NCBI RefSeq assembly: GCF_001194135.2
Contig: NC_068994.1
Coordinates: 28,077,242 to 28,113,671 of the forward strand
Length of the DNA: 36,430 nucleotides
Origin: Octopus bimaculoides
Taxonomy: Eukaryota
Direction: 5' to 3'
Part shown: positions 35,906 to 36,430 of the stretch, piece after piece
Layout: the number at the start of each line of letters is the position of its first letter
Numbering within the stretch: position 1 is the first letter of the stretch
Made by a program: the position numbers and the translations under genes
The notes under the pieces: generated by a model
What the model saw: only the letters and a program-made list of their open reading frames with translations
What the model was told of the DNA's origin: nothing
Database searches by the model: none

Positions 35906-36136
35906 AGGTGCTCTTTTATAAAGTGTTAAAGAAAACTGAAGACACACAGTATGGTTATGGAATTTATAAATGAGAAAGTCAAGAAAGAAAGAAGAGAAAG
36001 CAATGAGAGATATTTTTGTATTTAAAACTGCCGAGTTTTGTTTCTATCATGATAAATGCAGACAATAATTCAGTAGACGATATGTGGAATGGTGTTATTG
36101 TAAACTCATTAACTATTAAATCGAATAAAAGAAATA

Positions 36137-36175
<39 letters not shown>

Positions 36176-36376
36176 CATCATCATCATCGCTAAAACTTGC
36201 GATAGATATAGATCTAATTGATTTTTTCCTTTATTCAGTGTTGGTAATTTTGTTGTACAAATATTAGAACGAGTATCAATTTTATCACATTATTTCATCT
36301 GCTTTTCCAACTACATTTTATTTATTCTAATCGTTCTCCTCACATCTCTCTTCGTTTACTTCAGTCTCTGTCTGCT

Positions 36377-36382
<6 letters not shown>

Positions 36383-36430
<48 letters not shown>
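36383..36430. repeat. (TC)n microsatellite, cut by the window end
   Basis: Direct inspection. Confidence 0.95.

Overview
AT-rich, microsatellite-saturated eukaryotic DNA from a gapped draft scaffold (15 N-runs). It is almost certainly octopus or another coleoid cephalopod, inferred from its tRNA-derived SINE families. I find no intact host protein-coding gene, and most ORFs in the supplied track are microsatellite, N-gap or antisense artefacts. The window is a graveyard of mobile elements. Non-LTR relics are a CRE-like 3' end with poly(A), CR1-like, RTE, L1/Tx1-like and two R4/Dong-like fragments. There are three Penelope-like element (PLE) fragments, a rearranged Ty3/Gypsy pol, a complete internally deleted Helitron, a second Helitron 3'/5' junction, maT and mariner transposase relics, two MITEs, about nine SINE copies and a 5S rRNA-derived segment. 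Most worth following up: (i) hammerhead ribozyme motifs, one with an intact core at 14694-14739; (ii) a PLE whose ORF runs into an Asn-rich tail instead of the GIY-YIG endonuclease; (iii) a 5S rRNA relic abutting a full-length tRNA/CORE SINE, a possible chimeric SINE; (iv) a Helitron carrying a tandem array of 22-bp hairpin units; (v) an 80-bp diverged inverted duplication inside Gypsy pol. All family assignments come from motif recognition by eye, with no database search.
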